64,000 nt of DNA from a virus (lineage: Duplodnaviria > Heunggongvirae > Uroviricota > Caudoviricetes): positions 3,877 to 67,876 of IMG/VR virus record IMGVR_UViG_3300028603_000019; one strand, 5' to 3'. Below, piece by piece: positions 18,757 to 29,543 of this stretch (the first letter of the stretch is position 1; each line of letters begins with the position of its first letter). The notes under the pieces are model-generated. The model saw nothing but the letters and a program-made list of their open reading frames with translations, was not told where the DNA came from and did no database searches. Made by a program: the position numbers and the translations under genes.

Positions 18757-19350
18757 TCAGACCTCGTTTGTGATGCCAGCTAGGGCACAGTGGTTCAAAT
18801 ATTCGGTGATGCGTGGAAGCGCCTCTTCCATATGGACGAATCGATGATTGCCACCCGGAAAGGAAATCATGGGGTATCCTCGAAGTTGTTTGGCAGTCTC
18901 CTTAGATGAGATTACTTCATCTCCTTCATCGAGAAGGACCAGTGGATTCAGATACACATTTCGTTTTCCGCTCAGGTGCTTATAGACGTATGAAGCAGGA
19001 ACGGTCGGTGACAGAATGTCCTTTTCGCCCGTCACATAATTGGTCTGCGGAATGCCGACATATTTCTTGAGCGCGGAGTGGGGATCCCAGCAGGGATTGA
19101 TAATCACGGATGGCGCAAACAGCTCCTCGCCCATCTTCGCTGCCCAATATCCCCCAAGTGAAGTGCCGACAAATACGGGATTATCCAGGTATCCCACCCT
19201 GGATTTCAGAGATCCCCTGATTTCCTCGTATCCAAGAAACGTGTCATACGTGATCCCAAGGGTGTGCCCCAGATTCTGTAGCAACTGAACTTTGTCACTC
19301 TCGTGATTGAAGGCTGAGTTGAAACCATGAAGGTATACGAAGGTATGCAC
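18757..19350 (-). CDS. YqiA/UPF0227-like alpha/beta-hydrolase (esterase)
   Basis: YLHGFNS, GTSLGGYWA, INP, GGNHRF motifs. Confidence 0.88.
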   Translation of the reverse strand: MHTFVYLHGFNSAFNHESDKVQLLQNLGHTLGITYDTFLGYEEIRGSLKSRVGYLDNPVFVGTSLGGYWAAKMGEELFAPSVIINPCWDPHSALKKYVGIPQTNYVTGEKDILSPTVPASYVYKHLSGKRNVYLNPLVLLDEGDEVISSKETAKQLRGYPMISFPGGNHRFVHMEEALPRITEYLNHCALAGITNEV

Positions 19351-19668
19351 GGTGTTCCTTTCTTAGTATTCCGGGCAGTCGTCCAGCTACAGGTAGCTAT
19401 TCTGGAACTTGTTCTTGTTCTTGAGACGGGCGAGTTCCTGTTTGATCATCTTCTGAGCAACACGCAGGCCATGACTTTCTCCGGAATAATATTGTTCACA
19501 TTGGGCCGCTGACTCTGAACCATATTCTTTGAATAGTGACCGAGCCTTGAACGCCTGATTGTCGGCAATCCAAATTTCATAGGTAAGCCGATCAAGAACT
19601 TTCATAGTAGTCTCCTCTTTCTTGAGAAGATCCTACTACAGAACTGTACCAATGTAAAGAGGCAATCT

Positions 19669-20280
19669 TTACCTGATCTTGGTATCAGGAGTCCCGAAGG
19701 ATGCCTTCAGGTGCTTCTCACCGCCGATTTCTCGAACATAGAAGTAAGGTCTCAGTTGAGGAAATTTGTCCCACGTGAACCTATCTTTCGGATCCAGTTT
19801 GTCGGGGTTCACCTCGGTCTCGATGGGATCGTCCAGGAGCTTGGCAACAACTTTGGGTTCAAGGATGAATGACTTGAGATCCTCGAATGGCGCTACCTTC
19901 ATCATAGTTGCTAATGCTGGTCCAGATTTCTCGCCCCAGGCGACCCCTAGGCTCGCCTTGAAAATTTGAGACACGATCACTCTTCCTAGATCTGAACCAT
20001 CCGTAGCAATCGCGACGGCCTTGCGTCCATTCCGGTCTTTGTAGAATGCGGCGGCCACTACCTTGTCGCCCTTTGTATACAATTTCCAGAACGGAATATT
20101 CTTGATCATGTCCTCTTTTGAGTTGAAGCCATTTCCTTTCAGGCCACCCATCGGTTGATATGATTTGACCAGAATCTTCCACACTTGATCCGCGTAGTGC
20201 CGCCGTTTGTCTTCTGAATCGGGCCCTATCAGATTCTTGTAGTTTTCGGCAAGGAATTCAGAGAAAGATGGAAGAGGCAT
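19669..20280 (-). CDS. Putative virion internal protein
   Basis: N-terminus MPLPSFSEFLAE; ATAAATA late-type promoter just upstream. Confidence 0.55.
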   Translation of the reverse strand: MPLPSFSEFLAENYKNLIGPDSEDKRRHYADQVWKILVKSYQPMGGLKGNGFNSKEDMIKNIPFWKLYTKGDKVVAAAFYKDRNGRKAVAIATDGSDLGRVIVSQIFKASLGVAWGEKSGPALATMMKVAPFEDLKSFILEPKVVAKLLDDPIETEVNPDKLDPKDRFTWDKFPQLRPYFYVREIGGEKHLKASFGTPDTKIR

Positions 20281-20305
20281 GGGATATCCTGGATTTGGTT
20301 TCTTC

Positions 20306-20686
20306 TTATTTATTCGCGCGTGTAACCGGAAATGGTCTCAATTCACCGTAGAGCCATTTCTTGAAATCTCGAGCTCCCTTGTCGGTCTTGAAGAAAATTC
20401 CCGGGGTTGTAACGGCATCACTGGGCCCAACTTCCCATTGACCTTCTCCGGCGAAGAAGTGGAGTGCCTCTTCTACATATTCACGAAGTTGATGATCCGA
20501 TTCCTCAAATAGGAACTGTTCGGCCGGAGTTTTGATGTAGCTTAGTTTAGGATTGAAAACCCTAAACGGTTCACACCAGAGCACGGCAGAGAACATATCG
20601 GATTTTTGTTCACCTTTGTGAAAGTGATGTTCACCGCCGGTGCAAAGGGCAACACCATTGAGATCAACTGTAGTTTTCATTGTCAT
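20306..20686 (-). CDS. Hypothetical protein
   Basis: Tightly packed ORF in the operon. Confidence 0.55.
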   Translation of the reverse strand: MTMKTTVDLNGVALCTGGEHHFHKGEQKSDMFSAVLWCEPFRVFNPKLSYIKTPAEQFLFEESDHQLREYVEEALHFFAGEGQWEVGPSDAVTTPGIFFKTDKGARDFKKWLYGELRPFPVTRANK

Positions 20687-21041
20687 TTTGCTTTCTCACA
20701 TGTAGATTGTACCAAGAGTGAAGTGTGTTTTGAATTGAAGAAATCAGAACAGGATCAAATGGTGAATGATATTGAAGGCGTGGTTTTAGATTCTCCTCAA
20801 ACCAGATTGTTGAGCCATCATGATAGCACGAACCTCCCAGAAGCCAGCAGTCTGGAGTAGGATGATCAATTTCGGGGTTGACGGGTTCCTTTCGATGAAT
20901 ATCTATACCGCCTCGAAATCGAGGATCTTCCCCGTATGCAAATGGAAGTATCCTGAACCAGACGTGAACGGCACCATCTTCCCCCTTCAGATACCAACAG
21001 TAACGTCCGTCTTGGATTTCATGTCTGGTTCCGAGTTGCAT
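20664..21041 (-). CDS. Hypothetical protein
   Basis: Start overlaps the upstream stop codon. Confidence 0.6.
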   Translation of the reverse strand: MQLGTRHEIQDGRYCWYLKGEDGAVHVWFRILPFAYGEDPRFRGGIDIHRKEPVNPEIDHPTPDCWLLGGSCYHDGSTIWFEENLKPRLQYHSPFDPVLISSIQNTLHSWYNLHVRKQNDNENYS

Positions 21042-21257
21042 TAACTACTACCGTATATGAACAGGACTTCCACCACTTCCGGTTCCTCTGCAATATCTTT
21101 TTCAAACTCAGCCAGCTTTTTCTGGAAGAAGGTCTGCTGCCGATCTCCCCCGGGCCGAAGGAACTGCCTCTCAACCTCTTTCCGCACCTTCTTTCGGGCG
21201 CTATCGACATTGGCCGCGGAGACTACAATGTCCCCATCGAGCCAATCTGCCAGAGCT

Positions 21258-22538
21258 TCACTCTTCCAATGATACATCGGCATTAACATTTCTCCACTTG
21301 GTTTGTGCTTTCATGATTGCCCCGATCCTTGCTTTCCGCAGACCCTCCCGAATCTTGTTGGGATTGGTCTCGCCGCTCGGAAATATATCGGCAAATTTGA
21401 CAGAGTTGTAAGCTTTTACCGAGATTAGAAATTCTCCCAGATGAGTAATGTCTTCCTGTTCATAACCAAGGCGACCGCGGGTATCCGCCACAAATACATA
21501 GTAGAGGAGTGTGGCAATCCAATCGTCCTGCCGGACATTGAGTTCCGTAAGTATTTTCTCCACAGTCTTGGCATTCAGTTTGGGAAAATCATGGCCACGC
21601 ATGTGAAACTTGGTCGTGAGCATGACCCGCTTCCGAAACTGAGTCGGAACGGTCAGTCTGTCGCAGAAAGCCTCGACAATCGGAACACCCTTGATATCAT
21701 GGCCGTGGTGTTTCGGAAGAAGGTTCCGCGGAGTGATGCCTTTGCCGAAGTCGTGAACCAGGGCTGCCAGCATGCACTGAAGTTTCTCATCTTCCGTGCC
21801 CCAACCATTCAGCAGCATCTTCATCTGCTCAAGGACGAGCATGACATGTTCGAAGGCATCCCCCTCCGGATGCCAGCGATGGGCTTCCAGTGCGGTCTTC
21901 AACCGATAGATTTCCGGGAAGATCACATGAAGGGCATCGGTCTCCAGAAGAGTGTCGAAGAATAGACGTGGCGTCGTCTCTAGGAGCGCCCTGGAAAGTT
22001 CCTTCCAGATTCTCTCGGGAACCAATTCTCCGAGGACGCCTTTCTTTGCCATAGACGAAATCAGGGCGACCGTCTTGTGGTCCACGGTCCATTCAGGGCC
22101 ATACCGAGCGCGGAAGCGAGCGAGACGAAGGACACGAACGGGATCTTCCGCGAAGGCATCAGACGTGTGCCGAAAAACCTTGTTTCTCAGATCGTCCTGG
22201 CCGCCATGTGGATCTACCAGATGGGACCCATCTTCGGCGATTGCCATAGCATTGATTGTGAGATCACGGCGAGCCAGATCTTCCTCGAGGGTCACTTCTG
22301 GAGAAAAGTCGGTCTCAAAGCCGAGGTAGCCAGATCCGGTCTTCCGTTCACGACGAGCGAGCGCATATTCCTCGCCGGTCTCGGGATGCAGGAAGACGGG
22401 AAAATCGGCACCGACTTGTCGGAAACCACGGGAAACCATGTCTTCCGGGGTGGAATCGACGACCACGTAATCTCGATCCTTGATTTCATGGCCGAGGAGA
22501 TAATCTCGCACTGCTCCGCCGACGAGATAGGTTTTCAT
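21258..22538 (-). CDS. cca: tRNA nucleotidyltransferase (CCA-adding enzyme) with HD domain
   Basis: YLVGGAVRD.LLG..KDRDYVV, EDLARRDLTINAMA, EDPVRVLR.ARF, WHPEGD, LVHDFGKG motifs. Confidence 0.95.
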   Translation of the reverse strand: MKTYLVGGAVRDYLLGHEIKDRDYVVVDSTPEDMVSRGFRQVGADFPVFLHPETGEEYALARRERKTGSGYLGFETDFSPEVTLEEDLARRDLTINAMAIAEDGSHLVDPHGGQDDLRNKVFRHTSDAFAEDPVRVLRLARFRARYGPEWTVDHKTVALISSMAKKGVLGELVPERIWKELSRALLETTPRLFFDTLLETDALHVIFPEIYRLKTALEAHRWHPEGDAFEHVMLVLEQMKMLLNGWGTEDEKLQCMLAALVHDFGKGITPRNLLPKHHGHDIKGVPIVEAFCDRLTVPTQFRKRVMLTTKFHMRGHDFPKLNAKTVEKILTELNVRQDDWIATLLYYVFVADTRGRLGYEQEDITHLGEFLISVKAYNSVKFADIFPSGETNPNKIREGLRKARIGAIMKAQTKWRNVNADVSLEE

Positions 22539-22609
22539 GATTCACTTTCTCCTTCAAGAATCTTGATCTTGAAGTCATCATACTACAAAATTCGACCGGT
22601 GTAAAGACC

Positions 22610-22855
22610 TTAGAGGTTTGGATTCCGCGCCGGATCGAAAACGTTATCAAAAGACGCCGGTAGGTGTCGACAAGACGCGAAGCCCATCAGACCCATTTGT
22701 GGTGAGTCGATTTGCATCATCATCGTGGCACCGACTTGACTACATTCTTGAACAGTCTCAAATGAACCAACGACCTTGGATTCAATAGCCTTACCGGCTT
22801 CGTAACCAGAACCATCATGAACAGACAAAATCGTAATTAGGAGGAACCATTTCAT
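22610..22855 (-). CDS. Small secreted two-Cys protein (paralog 1)
   Basis: Hydrophobic N-terminus; F.T..EC...C pattern. Confidence 0.65.
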   Translation of the reverse strand: MKWFLLITILSVHDGSGYEAGKAIESKVVGSFETVQECSQVGATMMMQIDSPQMGLMGFASCRHLPASFDNVFDPARNPNL

Positions 22856-22971
22856 GACACAAACTCCTCTATTGGTTGTCTGTAACTATTTAGTTGCGAA
22901 ACCACTTTGAGGAACCCTTCAGGAAAGTCGGTTTCCATTCACCTTGCCGATGCCTTCAAGAACCGCTTTGT

Positions 22972-23220
22972 TCACCATCCCATCCTATCGGGAAGACCCA
23001 GCGTAGATTCCTGCCCCGAATCAATTTTCATGCAAATAGCGACCACATCAGCATGTTCCGCAACAAGTGCCCTTGTCGTGTCAGTGTATGCCTCTCCTCG
23101 TCGCCGACAATCCGCTTCCGTCTGATAGCTGTTGACAATCTCTCGGGTGATCACATCACCTGTCTCAATCAGGAAATTATCGACGTTTGCCACCACGAGA
23201 ATGATCAGAAGAAACTTCAT
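22972..23220 (-). CDS. Small secreted two-Cys protein (paralog 2)
   Basis: MKFLLIILVVA; YQTEADC...AIC. Confidence 0.65.
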   Translation of the reverse strand: MKFLLIILVVANVDNFLIETGDVITREIVNSYQTEADCRRRGEAYTDTTRALVAEHADVVAICMKIDSGQESTLGLPDRMGW

Positions 23221-23501
23221 CTCAGTCTCCATTCCTGATTATTATCAAATCCAAATTTGTCCGCATGATCAGCGGTCAGTTCCTGGCAAGAAGTGAACCC
23301 CTGAACGGACAGCGGAGACCAGGCATTGAGAAACACGATATTTCGATATGACTGGGCAGCCTTCTCACAGGTTTCCTGATCCTCAACCATCATCATGAAC
23401 CCACCCTGTATCACTTCGCCCCGATTGGCAACATCACTATCTGCGGTCAGAATCGCGACGGCCAAGAGAAACCAGGCGGTGTCCATCACGAAGTTTCCCA
23501 A
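23217..23501 (-). CDS. Small secreted two-Cys protein (paralog 3)
   Basis: WFLLAVAILT; DQETC...TSC. Confidence 0.65.
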   Translation of the reverse strand: MGNFVMDTAWFLLAVAILTADSDVANRGEVIQGGFMMMVEDQETCEKAAQSYRNIVFLNAWSPLSVQGFTSCQELTADHADKFGFDNNQEWRLR

Positions 23502-24054
23502 TATAGACCATACGTTAGTTCACATGCGGTATCGTCTTCATTCGTTGCTTCCTTTCAATTCCTCTTGAATTTCCTGCATGAGCAGATATTGGTTCATGAA
23601 ATTCCACCCTTCACGAACGGCAATCTGTTCCCGGTGATATCCCATACCCAGATGAATATGAAGACGCTTGAAAGTCTCTTCCGGGGAGGTTCCCTCATAT
23701 CTTGCCCGGGCACCTTCTTCAAAAAATACCTTCATTTCAAGACCACCTCGTTGAAGTTCAGATCGGAGAAAATATTTTCAGCGTTCATTTCCACCTCGGG
23801 AGCTTGATATATTCGTGCATGCCAGGTGGGAATCCGAAGCCCATCGCCCTTATACTGAAACATTGTAATGAGTTCCTAGTCGAACCTTTTCGGGCATCAC
23901 GCGGGAAATCAATGATTTCCTTCGATGCGGAACAGAGAGGCCAGAATCAGACACATGAGAAGAACGATGAGTCCGTCGGTCGCCTCCGGAATTAGGACAT
24001 TGTAGATAATGCCCAAGATGGTGACAACGAAGGATGCAAGAGCCAGGAGCAACT

Positions 24055-24726
24055 TCATACCGGTTCAATCTCATGAAGGTCGACGGGATAGTTGTTCCGA
24101 CGATTCGGAAATGTCACAGACACCGGATATGGAATATCGTCCGCGTAGCAGAATTCGACGATACCCACCTCTCCAGCAACGATGGGATCTCCACCACTAC
24201 CGCGGTATTCAAGTTCGGGATTGCCCTTGAGCCCCAGGAACCGGACCTGATCGCCAGTTTGATATTTCATTGCACTATCTCCAATTCATACGACCCACAC
24301 GGAAACGGCTCCTCGTATCCGTCAAAGAGAACTTCGTGGGCCCAAGGAACATTTTCTCTGATATCTATCAGAACACCCTCGGAACCCGCGGACAAAACGC
24401 CCCACGGTGCACCGTGATAACCTTTGTAACCGAGAAATTTGACACGATCACCAACTTTCATATCACACGAGCTCCAGTTCTTTGGGGTCAACGGTCACTT
24501 GAAGGATGGGCCATTCAAAGGCGACATAGATTCCGTTGTCGCCGATATGACGAACGATTCCGATGGCTCCTTGCTTCAGAGTTTCGCGTCTGCCGTCTAC
24601 CGCATATGCGGCCTTGTTGAAGCCGGTATAGCGGACTTGATCGCGAACTTCGAAGGACATATTCTGGTCACCTTCTCTTTGATCTGTGATTACACTATAG
24701 CTTAGGATCAGCCGCCGGTCAACCAC
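24055..24726 (-). CDS. Three tandem small SH3/KOW-like paralogs (24055-24270, 24267-24491, 24463-~24684)
   Basis: Shared (G)D(Q/R)V(R/K)(F/Y).G starts and G.V/G.L strands. Confidence 0.55.
24694..24722 (-). promoter_or_regulatory. sigma70-like early promoter
   Basis: TTGACC-17-TATAGT. Confidence 0.65.
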
Positions 24727-26174
24727 TTTTTCAAGAAATTATTGTAGTGTATTAGTGAAGTGTTCCTGCTATCAGAGACGCGAATCCCACGACCACTAGG
24801 ATCCACGTTCCGAATAGTGAGGCGTTGTTCCATGACAATTTTCGATGTGGTCGAGGTCTGATCAGGATTGCGCCCGCGAGGCAGAGAATGAATAGGAGAT
24901 GAAACATGCTCATTTGTCAAAGTCCCATGTTGATTTCAGCAAATACAGAAATCAGACCGAGGAGAAGTCCGGGAAATACGAAGCTCCACCACGGAAAATT
25001 CCAGTGAACATCGGCCGCCATGAACAACACACCCACAACATAGCCAAGAAATATGAACCAAATCATGATACAAAGTATCCCATATAATAACCGATGAACA
25101 GCATTCCGACCAAAGCCGCTGATATAAACACGGCAAGAAGTTTCTCGTGTCCCCGCGTTACCATTTCCGCCGATCCTAGTCCTATCAGAAAACTGACTAA
25201 ACCCAGGAATATCAAGCCTCCGATAGTCACCATCTGATTACCACTTTCGGCATGGAATGATCATAGCTCATCTCGTATTTCTCATACACAATTTCAAATC
25301 CACACTCCTCAAAGAAACCCTTTAGGGTGGGTATCGCAAAGTCCGCCTTCTTCACGCCGTTACCCATACATCGGATGGTTGAATATTCCTCAGGGACATC
25401 AAGAAAGAATCTTCCCTCCTGGGCCTCTTTCCTAATCAGATCGGAAATTCTCTCGATGTGTCTATCACGTGCGTCTACAGCTGCGATGTGATGAGCGTCC
25501 GCGGCTGAAATCAATTTTGTCATATTCAGAAATTCCTCACTAGTTGTTCCCGCTCTACAGTTAGAGGAAGAAGATCGTGTCCGGGAACATGAATCTGCCG
25601 CTGGCCACGATAGTTGTATCGAACTGCGCGATATCCATCCTGGTCGGTTCCCCATCGGAAGATCGTCTCGTTGGGGTATTTAACATAGAATGGTCCGACG
25701 ATTTCATCATAAGTCACATTGTAGAAGCATCTTCCATGGCCCATTTCGACGGGACCGTGTTCCCTGGAAAGAAACTCGTCTACTCACAAATTTCTCTCAT
25801 AGAGATGAAGTATGTGTTTCAGTTCCTCAACGGCACCCTCACGTCGGTGAACCCATTTCTTACTACGGTTTTTCTCCTGTTTAGATACCATAAGCATCTG
25901 CTCGTTTTGATTAATCCGACCCTTGATGATATCAATCAATTTTTCGAGTTCTTCCTTATAGGAAGCAGCTTGAATTCTTGCTCCTTCAAGATCCAGCCCT
26001 CGATGGCACTTGCCCGACAAACCACAGGTGGGACAAGTCCTAGGAATATCCCGGCCGGCATCCTGTTCTTCAATTCGACATAAGGTCATTTCAAGATCAT
26101 ATATGACATAACGGGAGAAGGAGCAACGTGAAATCCGTGTGTATCAATTTGACATTTATCGGCGACTAGAAAAT

Positions 26175-26552
26175 TCATACTTCTGATCCTTTCAGTGGTT
26201 GGCAGTCAGCCTCGATGATATTTTGAAACATGGAGAAGAACCCATTGCGGATGCCAGCTAGTTTGACGACACATGTAGCTTCTCCATCTGGGATCTGTGC
26301 CCAGACCGTCATTGCACGAAAATGCCAATTCCAAAGAGAATCGGCGACCACATATGTTTCCTGGTCGGAATACACGTAGTTGGTCCACTTGGAACTCGTA
26401 TTGCCGTCAGAGTCAGTGGACATCTTCATCAACCGCTCCTTGGAGACGACCGTGATGGTCTGATAACTGATCGTTGTAGAAATGCTGTAGTGAACCGCAA
26501 GTGCTCCTACAAAGAAGAGGCACCCAACAATTCCTAGGACCAGGACTCTCAT
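26175..26552 (-). CDS. Membrane-anchored hypothetical protein
   Basis: MRVLVLGIVGCLFFVGALAV N-terminal transmembrane segment. Confidence 0.6.
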   Translation of the reverse strand: MRVLVLGIVGCLFFVGALAVHYSISTTISYQTITVVSKERLMKMSTDSDGNTSSKWTNYVYSDQETYVVADSLWNWHFRAMTVWAQIPDGEATCVVKLAGIRNGFFSMFQNIIEADCQPLKGSEV

Positions 26553-26556
26553 CTTT

Positions 26557-27642
26557 TCATTCCCTCTTGAAATTACCGATTTCTTGGTGCACACGAAATT
26601 TAGGATGTCCCTTGAGGATTTGAACCAGGGATACTGCATCCATGTCCCTGGCATCTACCTCGATGTAGTCGGCGATGCCAAATTCCTCTAGGATATCCCG
26701 CCAATATTGAATATCCGTTTCGCGTTTGTCACCGCCATATCTCAGGGGGTCGGGAACAAAGGGGAAACCCTTGGGATTGAGAAGCACATGAATATCATTC
26801 TTGAAATTTTCCTGGTGGATCCGAACCCCCGCCTTGATTTCTTCAAGAAATTTCATGTTGTATGGAAGTCTGCCGTCTCTCATCATCAGTTTGTAATAGC
26901 CATAGGTGGAAATCAGGTCAGTGTCCCTTACCGTGACTAGTTTATCTGTCATGTTCCGAATAGCATGTTGCTGGTTCGTCTGACTGAAAAGGATATTCCG
27001 CATTGTAACTTCATTGACAGGCAAGCCCGTGTTTTCCAGATATTGCCGTGCCCACTCTGGAGATTCCTGCCAGAAATAATAATCCGCGAGTTTCCTTGTC
27101 AGTGTGGTTTTTCCAACCGATTCTTGACCGAAGAGGGTCACGTTTCGCTGTAAAAACGGACGAAAACCCGGCATGATCTTGGAACCGACCCTGCCGTCCA
27201 GGCGCCTTATTTCAGATCGGGCCCGTTCGCCCTTTACAGGAAACACATTCCTGTTCACGTCAATAGGTAGAAAATCGGCATCAAGAACATCCGCGAGATA
27301 TTTGCCATAGGGCTCCGATACAAACACCGCATCCACAGCGCCCTCCACGTGCTTCTCTACAACGGCTTTCCAGTAGTCCCAGAAGCCACTTTGGTCTCCG
27401 TCCGGTGGGTTCTGTGGAGCGTCATTATCTTCATGGAGCACAAATTTGATCCATGGATAATCATCACGATCAAACTGTCTCTTGAAGGCTAGGATCCTCT
27501 GAAGTCCAGGAACTGGTTCATGTGATCTTCCGCAGATAATCACGGTTAACTTTTCACATCCGAACTGTGCCATTTCTACCAGATACTGGTGCCCGACCGT
27601 GGGCACCAGTGCGGTCATGAGAATTACACCGTTATTGTACAT
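26557..27642 (-). CDS. nadR: NadR-like bifunctional NMN adenylyltransferase / ribosylnicotinamide kinase (no HTH)
   Basis: PTVGHQYL (T/HxGH) motif; GQESVGKTT P-loop; EWARQY, RDTDLIST, FVPDPLRYG; start at MYNNG. Confidence 0.88.
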   Translation of the reverse strand: MYNNGVILMTALVPTVGHQYLVEMAQFGCEKLTVIICGRSHEPVPGLQRILAFKRQFDRDDYPWIKFVLHEDNDAPQNPPDGDQSGFWDYWKAVVEKHVEGAVDAVFVSEPYGKYLADVLDADFLPIDVNRNVFPVKGERARSEIRRLDGRVGSKIMPGFRPFLQRNVTLFGQESVGKTTLTRKLADYYFWQESPEWARQYLENTGLPVNEVTMRNILFSQTNQQHAIRNMTDKLVTVRDTDLISTYGYYKLMMRDGRLPYNMKFLEEIKAGVRIHQENFKNDIHVLLNPKGFPFVPDPLRYGGDKRETDIQYWRDILEEFGIADYIEVDARDMDAVSLVQILKGHPKFRVHQEIGNFKRE

Positions 27643-28285
27643 TTTGGGATTTCCTCCACATATACCAGCCAAAGATAGTATTGCCCAGGAAGAACAGGTA
27701 TTGGAATGTGACGAGGTAGAGCCCCGCAGAAAGGTATGTTCCAATCGCAATCACGTTCATGATTGCCCATACATGCCAACTCTCCAGTCTTTTGTGTGTC
27801 ATCAGCATCTGAGCGACCACGGTCAGGAGTAGGATCAACGAATCGGGACCGGTGAATTGTCCTCCCATGGCCGTGAAGAAGGCGACCAAGGAAATCCAAA
27901 TCAGTGGCGTGATCCAAAGCCAAAGTGGAATTCCGTCTTGCTTCCAATCGGCGATCAAAGATCGGACAGGAAGTTCCCCGTCCTTGCCCCATACATACCA
28001 ACCATAAATAGCGAATGGCATCAGGAACACAAAATTGAGAGCCGCTGATGCAAGCAGATCGACCTCGAAGAACACCAGGGAATACAAGAATGTCGTAATT
28101 CCCATCATGATATAGGCAACACGAAGTTGCCACACAAACCACATCGTGCACACGAATGATGTGGACACGGCCAGGATTTCAAGGGTTGATGCTTCCATCC
28201 CCAATAGAACATTGACAGTGAGAACGGAAACGAGAGCCAGGAGAATTCCTGCTCCAGTTGAATGTAGTAATGCGTTGTTATTCAT
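27632..28285 (-). CDS. pnuC: Nicotinamide riboside transporter PnuC
   Basis: Multi-TM protein; AIYGWYVW, AQMLMTHKRLESW..W, FG.Y.W motifs; adjacent to nadR. Confidence 0.9.
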   Translation of the reverse strand: MNNNALLHSTGAGILLALVSVLTVNVLLGMEASTLEILAVSTSFVCTMWFVWQLRVAYIMMGITTFLYSLVFFEVDLLASAALNFVFLMPFAIYGWYVWGKDGELPVRSLIADWKQDGIPLWLWITPLIWISLVAFFTAMGGQFTGPDSLILLLTVVAQMLMTHKRLESWHVWAIMNVIAIGTYLSAGLYLVTFQYLFFLGNTIFGWYMWRKSQNVQ

Positions 28286-28971
28286 GAGAAATCAGGCTCC
28301 CTTATTCTCGCGTGAGGTTGATATTGTATAGCGGCCCAGTTTGCCAGTCGTACCTCTTATCTGGTGAAAACTCCATACTCAGAAGATCAGGAGATAGGCC
28401 GACTTTGGAAGATTGAACATATTCATCGGCGCGATATTCTAGAAATTTTCGGAACATCCTTTCTTCAGTCAAATCATTGAAGAAAATCCATACCCGGTCG
28501 CCTTTTCGACAACCCTGATAGGTCACCGCTATAGGAACACCGTTCCATAGGATGCCATAGAGGCCGACGGTTGTGTCCGTGCACAGCCACGTCCGAAGCG
28601 CGACTTCCTCGAACACCTCACCGTCGAAGAACCGTTGGACGTGATCATAATCATAGTCTGGACACCACAGATGGTTTGGCAGGTGCTCGACTTCCATCCA
28701 TTGCATCCTTGAGCGAGGAAATCCTTCAAATCCGAACTGGATCAATTCCTGGAGATTCATGATTCCCATTTCTCCTCGGGGTGATCTTCCCATTTTTTGC
28801 GACGAAGTTGATGATATTTCCTTGCTCATTCCGGAGTGTAGAACTCGACACGTTCAGCGACCTCAGGACTAAGCTCCTCCACAAATGCACCGTAGGGATC
28901 ATCATGGATACGATACGCCCTGAGGATCACATTACCACGAGCGTAATATTCAATGAGGTCATTCATGATTT

Positions 28972-29397
28972 TTACTCACGGTTCAAGTGATGTTGCAAGT
29001 ATCCGCGCAGAATTCCCTCGATATTCTGTTTTCCGACAGGATTCTGGGAATGAACCACGAACTTAAAATCTGAAGAAAACCGAAACTTACTCCGATTATC
29101 GTCCAGAATTTTCAGGAATTCCTGTTTCACCTCGGATCCATAAAAGTAGAGGTCGTGTTGATCGGCCATGTCCAGTGCTATCAGAAACTTGGCAATCTGA
29201 GCACCGGAAGCGGTATGATCACCAAGATCGTGATCGAAGCTGATGAAGTCTGGCATAGAGCCATGGAATGCCAGAAGCTCGACCACGTGGCTGATATTCC
29301 TGGCCACTTCAAAATCGCGGATCTCTGGATCCGTGTAGGCAACCCAGGTCACATCTTCCGGGATCCGTTCATCGTCGATAAACAGCGTCCAGGTCAT
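28972..29397 (-). CDS. Cyclic-phosphate-processing receiver-like domain protein
   Basis: LFIDDER, ISFDHDLG, VHSQNPVG..NI motifs. Confidence 0.75.
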   Translation of the reverse strand: MTWTLFIDDERIPEDVTWVAYTDPEIRDFEVARNISHVVELLAFHGSMPDFISFDHDLGDHTASGAQIAKFLIALDMADQHDLYFYGSEVKQEFLKILDDNRSKFRFSSDFKFVVHSQNPVGKQNIEGILRGYLQHHLNRE

Positions 29398-29543
29398 CAG
29401 AAGCAGTCCTCCATCAGGTGTTCTTCGCAATCGGAGAGAAATTCATCATCCACATAGACACTTGCATTCCACTCGGGTTGGGTGGGCGCGCAAGCACCAA
29501 GTGTGGTTGCCAGAAGGGCAAGGGTGATCAGAAGTCGATTCAT
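29397..29543 (-). CDS. Small lipoprotein (not in the ORF track)
   Basis: Manual translation MNRLLITLALLATTLGAC..., lipobox LGAC. Confidence 0.65.
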   Translation of the reverse strand: MNRLLITLALLATTLGACAPTQPEWNASVYVDDEFLSDCEEHLMEDCF

